From: a virus
Length of the DNA stretch: 64,000 nucleotides
Virus record (IMG/VR): IMGVR_UViG_3300045988_126785
Span: 1 to 64,000 of that record
Strand: one strand, 5' to 3'
Shown piece after piece: positions 30,734 through 41,206 of the stretch. The notes beneath the pieces are model-generated. The model was not told the origin of the DNA, did no database searches, and saw only the letters and a program-made list of their open reading frames with translations. Numbering within the stretch: the stretch's first letter is position 1; every line of letters begins with the position of its first letter. The position numbers and the translations under genes are program-made.

Positions 30734-33700
30734 TTAATTTTTGTAAAGGCCCAGATTCCCGGCCCCGCTGTTCAGTGCCCGCATCACCTGCGCCACGGTC
30801 AGCCGGTCAGCCGCCTCCGCCCCGATCTGAACGCCGTTCACGCTGTAGCTGTCTCCGTAGTGGTCATAGCTGGTTCGGCTCATCACCGTTTTCCCCGGCA
30901 TGGTGCCGCCCCGCTCCGCCGCACCGTACAGCCACCCCAGTTCACTCATCCGCTTCTGGAAGGTGCTGTCCGCGCTGGGTTCCAGCATCTTCTCCGCCAG
31001 CAGCGGGGGGATCACGATTTCGTCCTGACTGGTGGCCTTGATGCCCCCCAGCCCCCGCAGGATTCCGCCGGAGTCATATTTTTTGTACGGGTCTTTTCCA
31101 CTGTATTTGTCATTGATCTTGTTCTGGCGTTCTTCTTTCAGTTTGTCGATGGTGGCCTGACTGGCGCCGCTCTTTTCGGCATTTTTGATTGCCAGAGAGT
31201 AGTCCACATTGCTGTCATAGCCCTTGCCGCCGGACGAGCTGGACGAACCGCCTTTTGAAGAACTTCCGCCGGAGCTGCTTCCTCCCCTGTCGGGGTCTTG
31301 CCCCCCGTACATGGCGTTGATCTTGTTCTGCCGCTCTGTCTCTAACTGCTTGATCAGCCCTTCCCCGGCCCCGGACTCCTTGGCCTGCTTGATGGCAAGG
31401 TTGTAATCCACGTTTTTGTCATAGCCCGTGTAGTGCATCTCGTTGCCGTCCGCGTCCACCTTCGTGTAAAGCCCGGAAAGTTTTCCATTGACAGCTCCCT
31501 GATGTACGTTGATGGCGCTCTTAGCATAGCCGTTCTCGTCATACGTGATGATATATCCGTTTTTCTCAACGGTTCGCCCCGCCAACTTTGGGTCACGGCT
31601 CATATCCGCGCCGGTGAAGGACCCCTTCACACCCTTTCCGTATGGCGTGGTGTCCCGGTAATTCAGGTTGGCGTCGCTGCCGTCTGCCAGCTTCCAGCCG
31701 GAGTCCCCCTCCTTGAACCCCTCGTTCATTTCTGTCTGCGTCCAGCCGCCGCCCGGATTCTTCGTGTAGTCGAAATGGAAGCCGCCGGTGGCCCCGGCCG
31801 CACCCATCATTCCCGGCAGCATCGTCTGTCCGGGAAGCATGATCCCATTCATAGCCCCGGCAATGTACTGATTCAGCTTGCCCAGCAGGTTGTTGACCTC
31901 CTCCACCTGCTGCCGCATCTTGGGCGTGCCGTTTCTGGCAATGTCGCTGAGAATGTCGTCGATGGTCCGGGTGGGGTCCTGTAAGCTGTCCGTGATCTTC
32001 TTCCACTCGTCCTTCAGGGTCTCGTAGGTCTCTTCGATCAGCTTTTTCTTGGCCTCCAGCTCGTCGATTTCCCGCTGAAGGGCCAACTCCCGCTCATACT
32101 CCGCCAAGTCCTCTTTGGCCTTTTCATAGGCATCCTGTGCGGACTTGACCGAGGATGCGTTGGCCTCCCACTCCCACTGTCCGGTTGCGGCATTGAATAC
32201 CCGCACCGTCCGTTCCTTCTGGGCTTCCAGCAATGCGTTCTGCTTTTCCAGCACCGCCGCCTTCAGCTGTTCCAGCTTCAGGGCTTCGTCCTCGGCTTGC
32301 TTGGCGTCTTTCAGCGCCGCGATCTGCTTGTCGATGGCGTCAACCTGCTTGTCACGGGCATCCGCCGCTTCTTCCAGCTTTTTGTTAACGGCGTCCTCTA
32401 ATTCATTCCACAGATCCTTTTGCAGCTCTTGGATCTGCTTGGTGATCTTCCAGTGCTCCGTGGACAAGGCGTTGATGTCCGCCTGACTGGCCCCGATTCG
32501 CCGCATATACTCCGCCTGCTGGTGGAGCGCCGCCTGAATCTGCCGCATCTTGTCGATCTGGTCCGCCGTGCTGTCCCCACGCTCCTGCATGAGGGAAAGC
32601 TCCGACTTCCGCAGTGATACAATGTCCTTCAGCCGTTCCAGTTCCGCGTCCTTGGCGGACTTCCCTGTGGACGATGTGGTGGAGGACGTATCCACTGTGG
32701 AGGTGGTATCCACCGTCCCGCTGTCCCGCCCGGTGTCCGTAAACATGGACTTGTAGATCCGGTTCAGAACGATGGCGCGGGCTTCGTCATAGGTCTTGGC
32801 CTTTCCGGTCTGCAATAGGCCCTTGATGGTCCGCTCTACATCCTGCGTCTTGGCGGCGCCGATCATGCCCACGGAATAGGCGGCTGCCCCGGCCTCGGTG
32901 GCCAGCTGCCGCAGCGCCCCGATCTGCTGACTCAGGTCCAGCTTTTTCTCGTTCAGAACGATCATCCGCTTCACCAGATCGTAAATCTGGTCCCCGGTTT
33001 TCCCGGCTTGCTTTTGTTCGCGAATCAAGTCGTTTACATAGTATGTAATGCGGTTTGATGCTTCGTCATACGCTTTATTCAGTTTGTCAAGTGCGGCCTT
33101 TGCCTCTGTATTCTTATCACCAAGCACATCATGAGCTTGTGCAAACCGGGCAAGTCCCGTGGTAACGGAATCGTATTCTCCCTGAAGTTCTTCAAGGTCT
33201 CCCCGGTTTTCCCTCAGCTTTTCAGAAAGTGACGATGCTTGTGCAATCAGGGATTTTTCATACGTCTCCCCGGTCTGATAGGCTTTTTTCTCCGTTTCCT
33301 CAAACTGGACGCCCAGCGCCTCCAATTCCTTCCGGGACTTTTCCGCCGCTCCCGGAATGTACTGGTCCAGGTATGCGGTCAGTTCCGCATAGCTCTTAAA
33401 AGTCCGCCCAGTAAGACCCAGCGCCTCCGCGCCGCCCCGGCTCTCGCCCATAGAGGTCAGGTGATATACCGTCTCCCCGGTTCCTACATACCCTCCGGCG
33501 CTTTTCAGGGTGCGCTTGGCCTGTCTCTCTTCCAGTTTTTTGAGTTTTTCAATCTGCCGTTCCAGTTCGGCGTTTTCCTGTTCCAACGCCGCCTTTTCAT
33601 TCAGAATTTCCGGAGTTTTTTCGTTCCAGCCAAGCTCATTGATCTCGGTGAGCCGCCGCCGGTTTTCCTCCAACTTTTCTGTGTTGTCGGAAATGTCGGT

Positions 33701-35353
33701 GTTCAGTTCGTCAAGGCTTTTCCGGTAGTCCTCCGTGGCATTCCACAAAAATTCAAACGCCGCCACCGCCGCGCCGATGGCAAGAATCCACGGGTTCATG
33801 GTGATCCCCGCCGCCGACAGTTTTGTAAACGCCGCCGTCGCTCCCTTGGCCGCCGCCTGAATACCGATCAGCCCCAGCGACACCGCTCCGGCAGTCACCG
33901 CCGCGTGCCCAAGGTCCGTGTTCAGGGATTCTACCGCGCCGATCAGCACGTCCAGCCCGCCCTTAACGGCGTCGGTGCTCACCATGCTCTGGATGAACTC
34001 CGTCCATTCGTTTTTCAGAATATTGGTCTTGCGGGTCCAGCTGTCCAGTGCGTTTTCAACTTCCTTGTCCGCGCTGCCTACGGCGTTGGCGTAGTCTTTC
34101 AGCATGGACTGGTACATATCCCAGTTCTGGATCAGGGCCAGCAGCTGAGAGGTCCGCAGCTTGCCGCCGATGTCGCTGACCATCTCCATCAGCTTTTGTT
34201 CGGTCAGCAGCCCGTCCTTCATGCTCTGGGCAAGGCCCCCGATGGCCTCCATGGGGTCAATGACCTCGCCGGTGGCCTTCGCCGCTTCATACGCAGCCGG
34301 GGCGTACTGTCGGATCACGTCTTTCAATCCGGCGATCTCCCCGGTGGTCCACGTCACGCCCTCGTCGATCTCGGTTTTCGTGTCCCCCACGATGTTCAGC
34401 ACCAGTGCCCGGAACGCACGGGCCGCTTCGCTGCCGCTCCGCTGGGTCACGGCGGTGATCGTACCGATCGCCGCCGTCAGTTCATCGATCCCCACATGGG
34501 CCTGTGCCGCCACCGGGGCCACGGTCCCCAAGCCTTCCGCCAGCTTTTCAATGCTGGTGGCGTACTTGTTGTCGATCTCGTTGGCGCCGTCCAGCACCTT
34601 GGTCAATGCGTCAATGTTTCCCTTGTACTGATACGCTGCGTCCACGGACAGTAAGAATTGCTGTGCCGTTTCCGCGTTGGTGTCACCCACCAGTTTTGTC
34701 TTGGTGGCCAGCTCCGCCAGTGCGTCCGCCTGTTCGCCGTAACCGGCACGGGCAAACGCCGCCACAGAGTTCAGATATTCGTCCGCCGCCTCGCCGTAGG
34801 CCGATGCCGTCTCATAGGCCCGGTCCCGCAGCTTTTCCATCTGCTCCGCTGTAAAGTCAGTTACCTTGCGGACCGTCACCATCTCATCGTCCACGGCCTT
34901 CATGGTGGAAATGGCGTCCCGGAAGACCCCAATGGTCTTGGAGACGATGGTGCCCATCACCTGCCATTGAAGCATTTTCAGGTAGACGTTGGTGAAGCTG
35001 TCCCCTAACAGGTTGGTTTCCTCGGTCATCTCCTTCGTGCCCTTCTGGACCTTATCGGAGGTGTTCAAAAACGCTTCTCCAAACGCCGTGGCACCGTCCG
35101 CCGCACTCTTGCTTGCCGTAGAAATCCCTGTTAGCGCTTCGGCCTGCTTTTGAATTGCCGTTGGGTTAGTGGAGATTTTCTGTAAGTTCCCCGCCAGCTT
35201 CCCGGCGGCATTGGCCGCACCGTTCAGACCCTGCGCCGTGCCGTTCAGATTTACCTTCGTGGAGGAAACCGACGCTACCTCCTGCTTCAGCTTTGCGATC
35301 TCCGCCCGGACCTCTGTAAAATCGGGTACGCCCTTAAAGATAATTTTTGCCAT
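30734..35353 (-). CDS. tail tape measure protein (1539 aa)
   Basis: Assigned by size, long coiled-coil/Ala-rich segments and position. Near the C-terminus there is an internal duplication of about 45 aa (GYD.NVDY.LAIK.A..SGA...ERQNKIN..Y.G.DP, two copies) flanking a G/S-rich tract. Confidence 0.85.
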   Translation of the reverse strand: MAKIIFKGVPDFTEVRAEIAKLKQEVASVSSTKVNLNGTAQGLNGAANAAGKLAGNLQKISTNPTAIQKQAEALTGISTASKSAADGATAFGEAFLNTSDKVQKGTKEMTEETNLLGDSFTNVYLKMLQWQVMGTIVSKTIGVFRDAISTMKAVDDEMVTVRKVTDFTAEQMEKLRDRAYETASAYGEAADEYLNSVAAFARAGYGEQADALAELATKTKLVGDTNAETAQQFLLSVDAAYQYKGNIDALTKVLDGANEIDNKYATSIEKLAEGLGTVAPVAAQAHVGIDELTAAIGTITAVTQRSGSEAARAFRALVLNIVGDTKTEIDEGVTWTTGEIAGLKDVIRQYAPAAYEAAKATGEVIDPMEAIGGLAQSMKDGLLTEQKLMEMVSDIGGKLRTSQLLALIQNWDMYQSMLKDYANAVGSADKEVENALDSWTRKTNILKNEWTEFIQSMVSTDAVKGGLDVLIGAVESLNTDLGHAAVTAGAVSLGLIGIQAAAKGATAAFTKLSAAGITMNPWILAIGAAVAAFEFLWNATEDYRKSLDELNTDISDNTEKLEENRRRLTEINELGWNEKTPEILNEKAALEQENAELERQIEKLKKLEERQAKRTLKSAGGYVGTGETVYHLTSMGESRGGAEALGLTGRTFKSYAELTAYLDQYIPGAAEKSRKELEALGVQFEETEKKAYQTGETYEKSLIAQASSLSEKLRENRGDLEELQGEYDSVTTGLARFAQAHDVLGDKNTEAKAALDKLNKAYDEASNRITYYVNDLIREQKQAGKTGDQIYDLVKRMIVLNEKKLDLSQQIGALRQLATEAGAAAYSVGMIGAAKTQDVERTIKGLLQTGKAKTYDEARAIVLNRIYKSMFTDTGRDSGTVDTTSTVDTSSTTSSTGKSAKDAELERLKDIVSLRKSELSLMQERGDSTADQIDKMRQIQAALHQQAEYMRRIGASQADINALSTEHWKITKQIQELQKDLWNELEDAVNKKLEEAADARDKQVDAIDKQIAALKDAKQAEDEALKLEQLKAAVLEKQNALLEAQKERTVRVFNAATGQWEWEANASSVKSAQDAYEKAKEDLAEYERELALQREIDELEAKKKLIEETYETLKDEWKKITDSLQDPTRTIDDILSDIARNGTPKMRQQVEEVNNLLGKLNQYIAGAMNGIMLPGQTMLPGMMGAAGATGGFHFDYTKNPGGGWTQTEMNEGFKEGDSGWKLADGSDANLNYRDTTPYGKGVKGSFTGADMSRDPKLAGRTVEKNGYIITYDENGYAKSAINVHQGAVNGKLSGLYTKVDADGNEMHYTGYDKNVDYNLAIKQAKESGAGEGLIKQLETERQNKINAMYGGQDPDRGGSSSGGSSSKGGSSSSSGGKGYDSNVDYSLAIKNAEKSGASQATIDKLKEERQNKINDKYSGKDPYKKYDSGGILRGLGGIKATSQDEIVIPPLLAEKMLEPSADSTFQKRMSELGWLYGAAERGGTMPGKTVMSRTSYDHYGDSYSVNGVQIGAEAADRLTVAQVMRALNSGAGNLGLYKN

Positions 35354-35375
35354 GCTTCACCGCCCTGCCTTTACT

Positions 35376-35897
35376 TCAATATCCTTCGTCACCCTCCCGG
35401 CCCGTGTAGCCGTTGGCTTCGATCTGTAATTCTGCGTCCTGTTGGTTCATGGCCCGTACCAGCGTTTCCTCCGCCCGTCCGCCTTCTACCAGTTCTGTGA
35501 CAAAATTTTCAAAAAACGGTCTGGCCGGGGGCCTCCGGGTCCAGTCATAGGGTGGGTCCAGATGCTCAATGCGCCCGATCAGTGCGTCTCCGTTCAGCGG
35601 GTTTTCCACCTGTTCGCTCTCGCCGCTTGGCTGGTAGTCCATGGAAACGCTGTCCTCTGTCACCGCAAACTCCGTGTTGCCGTCAATGTCGGCCAAGCCG
35701 CCGTATTCTCCCCGCCGGATATATTCCTTTGGGTCGAACTTCTCGTATACGTCTCCCTGCACGTGCTCGAAAAGGCATTGGGACAGATCCTCCCGCAGCG
35801 TGGGCATGGCCCCCGCCAGCGCCGCCTTGAACCGCTGTTCCAGCGCCGCCATGTCCTCGTCCAGCCCTGTGATCCTGGCAGACACGCTTCCGCTCAT
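35376..35897 (-). CDS. hypothetical structural/assembly protein upstream of the tape measure
   Basis: Internal start MSGSVSA after a GGAAAGGAG RBS. Confidence 0.5.
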   Translation of the reverse strand: MSGSVSARITGLDEDMAALEQRFKAALAGAMPTLREDLSQCLFEHVQGDVYEKFDPKEYIRRGEYGGLADIDGNTEFAVTEDSVSMDYQPSGESEQVENPLNGDALIGRIEHLDPPYDWTRRPPARPFFENFVTELVEGGRAEETLVRAMNQQDAELQIEANGYTGREGDEGY

Positions 35898-36089
35898 TTC
35901 CCCGCTCCTTTCCATCATGTTCGTGACCTCACGAAAATGGTCCCAAGCATACGCCGAAGCATGAGGATCTCATGCTCTCCCGTCTGCCGGGGAACAAAAA
36001 GCGGAGCCGACCGCCGGGTTTCCCCGGCAGTCAGCCCCGCTCGGCTCATCCTATCCAACGCTTAGGATAAGGCGTTTTTGGTGTGTTCC

Positions 36090-37217
36090 TTATTCGGCGG
36101 TGACTTCCAGAACCGCCTGCGCGGTGTACTTGGCCGCCCCCTCGGCGGGATACTGGATGGCGATGCTCCCGGTGCCCTGTGTGCTCCCGGCGGTCACAAT
36201 GCCGTCCGTGGAGACCGTGGTCCCGGTAGCAGTCCCGGCGGTCACGGTGTACTTCAGCAGGCTTGCGGGAGAGGGCGTCACCAGTTCCCCGTTTTTCATG
36301 ACCAGCTTGGCATTCACGGGGGCAGTGCCACTGGCGGCCACGCTCACCACGCCGCCGATCACAGCGATCCCGGCCACCTCGTCGCTTTCCTCGTCGGGAA
36401 CCAGCACCATGTAGGCGGAAGTGCCCATGCCGCCGCAGGCGTCGCACTCGGCGGAGATCACGTCGGCGTCCTCATTGATGGCGCGGCCGGTGATGGTGGT
36501 GGTATCGTAGTTGGACTGGTCGCCGGTGGTGTTGGCCCCTTCGGGGTTCAGATACAGGCGGGGCACGATCAGGTAGGCCCAGCCCCAGCGGGTGCCCTTG
36601 TTCTTGCCGGACACGTTCTGGTATACGGCGATCTGCGCGGTGAAGTGGACGATGCGGCCATTAAAGGCGCTGTGCACCACGCCCACCTGAGCCGCGGGCT
36701 TCCGGGCAAAGTACCACACCTTGTAACTCTTGCCGCTCTCGGCGGTGAAGCCGGTAATGGCGCCGGTGGCGGGGTCAATGGGATAAGGAACGCCGCCCAC
36801 AGAGTAGGAGGACGCAGCACCCACCTCCTGCACGTAGCAGAAGATGTTGGAATAGCCGTACTGGGCCACCGGCACCAGCTTGCTCACGTCGGCCTTCAGA
36901 GAAGTGCCCGTGGCCTCCACCGTCTGGCAGACGGGGGAAACGGCGTTGTAGCTCACGGTGCCGCCCACAGCCATCATCTTGCTCATCAGGTCGAAGTCCG
37001 CGCGGGTGAAGTTCACCTGCGTATCGCTGTCGCTGGCAACAATCGTGGCAACGCCATTGCCAAGGCCCGCTCGCAGGGGGTCGATGTTGCCGGAGAACTG
37101 GATGTTACCGGTGGAGAACTTGTCGCTCTGGCTCAGAACCTCGCCGGTAACAGGGTCCTGAAGCTGTGCGGAGCAAATGCCCTTCGGGTAGAGTCTCTTG
37201 TCAGTAAAAGTGATCAT
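36090..37217 (-). CDS. major tail protein with a C-terminal Ig-like domain
   Basis: Assigned by position before the tape-measure region and by the Ig-like tail (TVSTDGIVTAGSTQGTGSIAI). It is followed by a strong hairpin. Confidence 0.6.
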   Translation of the reverse strand: MITFTDKRLYPKGICSAQLQDPVTGEVLSQSDKFSTGNIQFSGNIDPLRAGLGNGVATIVASDSDTQVNFTRADFDLMSKMMAVGGTVSYNAVSPVCQTVEATGTSLKADVSKLVPVAQYGYSNIFCYVQEVGAASSYSVGGVPYPIDPATGAITGFTAESGKSYKVWYFARKPAAQVGVVHSAFNGRIVHFTAQIAVYQNVSGKNKGTRWGWAYLIVPRLYLNPEGANTTGDQSNYDTTTITGRAINEDADVISAECDACGGMGTSAYMVLVPDEESDEVAGIAVIGGVVSVAASGTAPVNAKLVMKNGELVTPSPASLLKYTVTAGTATGTTVSTDGIVTAGSTQGTGSIAIQYPAEGAAKYTAQAVLEVTAE

Positions 37218-37234
37218 GTCTGTTCACACTCCTT

Positions 37235-38038
37235 TTAAGTTTGTTCCTTGTTGTTGGTAAATTGGCTCAGCGGGGTCATGTCTCCCGCGTCGTCCCGCTC
37301 CCGGTCATAGAAAAGGTGGGGTACAGGGTTCCCGCCCTTCCACTTCACGCCGTTGCCCTCCGAAATGCCGCAGATCAGATAATCTGCCGCCCGCTGGATG
37401 GCTTCCTGACGCCGTTTCAGCTTTAAGATAGGCCATTCGTCCATCTCTGTTTCCTCACAGCCTGTAAACAGGGCGATGGAGGAAAGCAGACCGGCCGGGT
37501 CCCGGCGCAGCTTCGGCCCGTTTCTTCGGGCCAGCTCCGCCTCCGCCTCCAACAGGTCCGGGTTGGCGTCCTCATCCGTCAGCTCAATGCCGTTCTGGTA
37601 GGCCAGAATAGCCCGAAGCCTCTGGAATTGTACCGGGGTAATGGTGATTTCTTCCTCGCCGTTCCATGTAAAGCATATCCCCTTTAAATCCATTGTATTT
37701 TCTGAGGAAAGTTTCACATGAAACAGCCGAATGCGGTCCGAAAGGCTCCGGCCCTCCCCCAGCCGCAGCGCCAGCGCCAAAAACGCCAGCGCCCGGTTGA
37801 AAAGGCCCACCGGTTCCTCCCCCCGCTCCATGCTTTCCAGATCCATGACCCAATAGGCTGTCAGCAGAGGCATGACCGCATAGCGCACAGGGAGCGCCTG
37901 CTGGATCACGTCAATGGCGGGTCTCGCCCGCTCAAATTCCTCCTGCTCACATACCCGGATGGGCCATAGGGTCAGTCCGGCGGTTTCTACGGGTTCGTAA
38001 CGGTCCGCCGCCCGCTTGATATTCCGTGAGAGTTCCAT
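37235..38038 (-). CDS. hypothetical neck/tail protein (267 aa)
   Basis: Track ORF. Confidence 0.5.
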   Translation of the reverse strand: MELSRNIKRAADRYEPVETAGLTLWPIRVCEQEEFERARPAIDVIQQALPVRYAVMPLLTAYWVMDLESMERGEEPVGLFNRALAFLALALRLGEGRSLSDRIRLFHVKLSSENTMDLKGICFTWNGEEEITITPVQFQRLRAILAYQNGIELTDEDANPDLLEAEAELARRNGPKLRRDPAGLLSSIALFTGCEETEMDEWPILKLKRRQEAIQRAADYLICGISEGNGVKWKGGNPVPHLFYDRERDDAGDMTPLSQFTNNKEQT

Positions 38039-38069
38039 CCTTTTAATTCATCCTCTCCAATATCTGAAA

Positions 38070-38372
38070 TCAAATGGCAATGCCCGCGCTGGCAAACAGC
38101 GCCGCAATACAAGCCCCGGCGATCAGCCAGATCACCTTGTCCACAAGGCTGTCCCACCGTTTGGCAGACTTCCCTTCCATCTCCGTCATCTTTTCATCGA
38201 TCCGGCTCACCTTTGTCCCCATCTCTTCTTGCTTGGTCGCCATTACCTCTACGCTGGCAGTCAGCTTGATCAGCGCCTGCTGATCCCGCTCCACATCGTC
38301 CATGCGGTGCTTCAGGGATTTGATCTCGTGCTCGTGGCCCTCTATTTTTACGGCTGCTTCTTCCATGGTCAT
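38070..38372 (-). CDS. XhlA-like coiled-coil protein with a C-terminal transmembrane helix
   Basis: Heptad-rich N-terminus followed by VIWLIAGACIAALFASAGIAI. Confidence 0.4.
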   Translation of the reverse strand: MTMEEAAVKIEGHEHEIKSLKHRMDDVERDQQALIKLTASVEVMATKQEEMGTKVSRIDEKMTEMEGKSAKRWDSLVDKVIWLIAGACIAALFASAGIAI

Positions 38373-38396
38373 GGTGGCTGTCCTCCCGTTGTGAAT

Positions 38397-39101
38397 TTAG
38401 TAGTCCTCAATGGTGTCCCCCATGGCGGCTTCGCTCTCCGCCCAATGGATGCTCATTTTCAGTTCCCGGCCCACTACCGTGCCCGTCTGGTCATACACCG
38501 GGCGGCTCCCGTTGTCTGCGTGGGCGATACGGGAGAAGTCGCACACGCCGATCCCCGCTATGTTCACCCCGTTCAGTGCTTCGATGATGCACTGCTCCAT
38601 ATCGTAGGCTCTGGAATATGCCTCCGTTTTCGTGGTGGTCTCCTGATTCACGTTGCAGGCGATTACAAACGTGATCCCGATCCGTGCGTCAAAGGGCGTC
38701 TGTGCAAAAATGCGGCCCAGATAGCACTTGATCATGCTCTTTGCCTCCGTCTGGGCTTCTCCCCAGAACTTCTGAGCGTAAAGGCGATACCCTTTCGGGT
38801 GCTTGCGGCGCTGGGTGCTGCTGTCTACCACAGGCTCGTTCCCGTCAAAAAGAAGGCTCTGCTTCTCCTTGGCCGTGGGCAGCCGCTCTCCCAGCGGCTT
38901 GGCCCCGTCATGCCATAGATATTTCATCAGTCGGACACGGGGCCGGGTGTTGTCATCCATCGGTTCATAGCCGTCCGGCAGCGGCAGGTCCATCAGATAG
39001 GTCAACAGCTTGTGGGGGATCTCCTCCGCCCCGCGGAAGGTCAGAAAACCGGTCTGTACCCGCTCGTAGGGATAAGTGGGGCTGTGGAAGGCCGGGTTCA
39101 T
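38397..39101 (-). CDS. hypothetical neck/tail protein (234 aa)
   Basis: Track ORF with an ATGA overlap. Confidence 0.5.
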   Translation of the reverse strand: MNPAFHSPTYPYERVQTGFLTFRGAEEIPHKLLTYLMDLPLPDGYEPMDDNTRPRVRLMKYLWHDGAKPLGERLPTAKEKQSLLFDGNEPVVDSSTQRRKHPKGYRLYAQKFWGEAQTEAKSMIKCYLGRIFAQTPFDARIGITFVIACNVNQETTTKTEAYSRAYDMEQCIIEALNGVNIAGIGVCDFSRIAHADNGSRPVYDQTGTVVGRELKMSIHWAESEAAMGDTIEDY

Positions 39102-39661
39102 TGTGCGCCGTCCTTTCGCTCCCGAATGGCCGCGTCAAAAGCGTTCCGGGCCTCCTTCAGATCGTCCAGCGTCTTTTGCACCGCCTCCGGCGTCATGCTC
39201 TGCGCCGCAAGGTCCTGAAACCGGCTCACGGGATCGTTCATGGCTTGCAGCATCCCGTAAATCTCCGTTTTCAGCATCTTTTCCAGATCACGGTAGTCCG
39301 CCAGCAGGTCAAAGGCTTTGTCCCGCAGCTCCGGCCCTTTCCCCTTCATGCGGTCGATCTGGTTGAAGATGTGTCCTCCGGCCCACCGGTCATAGTCATC
39401 GGCGGACATGAGGTAGGTTTCCCCCTCCACCGGTTCAAAGTCCTCTCCCAGATACAGCTTCACAAAGCCGCCCATGAGATACCGGCTCCGCCGCTCCACG
39501 TTCTCCTTGAAGTAGGGGAGCACCTGTCCCCCCTCCACCCGGACCTCCATCCGGTCAAAGCACCGTCCGGCGCACTCAGCCGCAAACGCCGCCTTTTCCA
39601 TCAGGGGTACATAGTCTCTGGCTGCCAGCAGCCCTTCCTCCGTCAGCTTTTTCCATTCCAT
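39098..39661 (-). CDS. hypothetical structural protein
   Basis: Start taken at MEWKKL, 9 nt after a GAAAGGA RBS. Confidence 0.5.
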   Translation of the reverse strand: MEWKKLTEEGLLAARDYVPLMEKAAFAAECAGRCFDRMEVRVEGGQVLPYFKENVERRSRYLMGGFVKLYLGEDFEPVEGETYLMSADDYDRWAGGHIFNQIDRMKGKGPELRDKAFDLLADYRDLEKMLKTEIYGMLQAMNDPVSRFQDLAAQSMTPEAVQKTLDDLKEARNAFDAAIRERKDGAQ

Positions 39662-39675
39662 ATACGTCATTCCTT

Positions 39676-39870
39676 TCAGATTTTTTGGAATTTCTCTCGG
39701 TCAATTCCCCGCAGGGGACAAAGGGCCGCCTGCGGTGTGTTCTCCCATTGCCCGGTCACGCCGCATAAATGCTGGTGTCCGCAGATGGGGAATTTCTGCC
39801 CCGGCTGCATCTCGCACAGCAAGCTCACCGTTCCGGGCCGCTTGTAGGCGTACGGACACTTCTCTGCCAT
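39676..39870 (-). CDS. small Cys-rich protein (64 aa)
   Basis: Internal start MAEKCPYAYK, with an ATGA overlap to the upstream stop. Confidence 0.45.
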   Translation of the reverse strand: MAEKCPYAYKRPGTVSLLCEMQPGQKFPICGHQHLCGVTGQWENTPQAALCPLRGIDREKFQKI

Positions 39871-41192
39871 CACAAGCCCTCCAATTCGATCACTGCGCTG
39901 ACGCTCTCGCCCTCGCATCTGGCCGTCACCGTCAGCGGCTCCGGGCTGTTGCCCCAGCATCGGACTGTCAACTGATTCCCATTGACACTTACGCTGTAAG
40001 AACCCTCTGCGGCTCCTTCACAGGTCCATTCTACCGCCGCATCCTGTCGGACACCGCCGATAAACAGTGCCGCCTCCAAGGTCTCCACATCGTAGGGCGC
40101 CATGTAGCGGGGAACCTCATTCAAAAACTTCACCGATGGCGTTTTCTCGCCGGACGCCTCTACCGTCACCGCAAATCGTCCTTCATAGGCCGGGTTCTGT
40201 TTCAGAGCGGCGATAATCTGGCAAGTTCCCTCGGCGACCGCCGTCACTTTTCCGTCCGCATCCACCGTGGCCACGTTGGGATCGTCCGACCGCCACACAT
40301 AATTGATCGGGTGTTCTGCGGTGCTCTCCACATCCTCCCCGTTTCGCTGAGACCGTGCCGTGAAGGGAACGGTATCCCCCGCCGTCATCCGGGGACTTCC
40401 GGCAACAAATACCGCCCAGGAGAAGTTCTTCCCGCCTGCCACTTTCGCCTCCATATCGTCGATCTCATGGTTCGGTTCCTGCATCCGGGCGTTGAAGTGC
40501 AGCAGATGGGTGCTCTCGTCATCCCCGGTGAACTCCTGTGTAATGTCAGAATATCCGGTGATCTGATAGGCCCGCCGCCCTAAGATCAGGCGGCTGTTCT
40601 GGTCCAGCTGCTCTGTGTTGGCGTTGCGCTGGCAGATGATGTTGAAATAGCCCTGCATGATGAGAGTCATTTCCTGAAAGTCATTGGATGTGGCCTGCGC
40701 CAGTGACTTTTCCACAAGGATCGGCTCTGACCGCACGTTGCCGTACCAGTCCAGAAACCGCCATACAGCGTTGCACCGCCGCATGATCCCGGTCCCTATT
40801 GCGCTGGACAGGTTGGATGGGTTCGTCACCAGCCAGTAGGAACCCATGGTCTCCACCTTGGCTCCCTCCGGGATGTAGTCCACTCCGGCGTCCGCCACCA
40901 GAAACGCCTTCTGGTCATCGGTTTTCCGGGTGAGGCTGACGCCCTGCTTGGTGGTGTCGGAAAGGCGGATGTGCTTTGTGCTCCACCGGTAGAAGTCACC
41001 GGGAACCAAGCCCTGCATCCGGGCCGTCACAAAGTCCGTGGCGTAGGGGGCCATTTCCTCTGCAAACCGGGCCGTAGCCTCCGCGAAATACTGCCGCTTC
41101 CGGTCCCGGTATTGGGGCGGTGCGTTGGTCGCCCTGCCGCTCCCGCCGCTCAGCAGGCCGATGTTTTTCATGCCGTGCTTGGCGTCCGCCAT
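39870..41192 (-). CDS. structural protein with C-terminal Ig-like (Big_2-type) domains
   Basis: Contains ATVDADGKVTAVAEGTCQIIA. Confidence 0.55.
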   Translation of the reverse strand: MADAKHGMKNIGLLSGGSGRATNAPPQYRDRKRQYFAEATARFAEEMAPYATDFVTARMQGLVPGDFYRWSTKHIRLSDTTKQGVSLTRKTDDQKAFLVADAGVDYIPEGAKVETMGSYWLVTNPSNLSSAIGTGIMRRCNAVWRFLDWYGNVRSEPILVEKSLAQATSNDFQEMTLIMQGYFNIICQRNANTEQLDQNSRLILGRRAYQITGYSDITQEFTGDDESTHLLHFNARMQEPNHEIDDMEAKVAGGKNFSWAVFVAGSPRMTAGDTVPFTARSQRNGEDVESTAEHPINYVWRSDDPNVATVDADGKVTAVAEGTCQIIAALKQNPAYEGRFAVTVEASGEKTPSVKFLNEVPRYMAPYDVETLEAALFIGGVRQDAAVEWTCEGAAEGSYSVSVNGNQLTVRCWGNSPEPLTVTARCEGESVSAVIELEGL

Positions 41193-41206
41193 GTGGCTCC
41201 CTCCTT

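Noticed and set aside
31090-31430. The internal duplication in the tape measure gene as a separate mobile repeat.
   Set aside because: It is in frame and encodes two copies of the same 45-aa segment flanking a Gly/Ser linker. This is typical tape-measure length variation, so it is noted only in the feature evidence.
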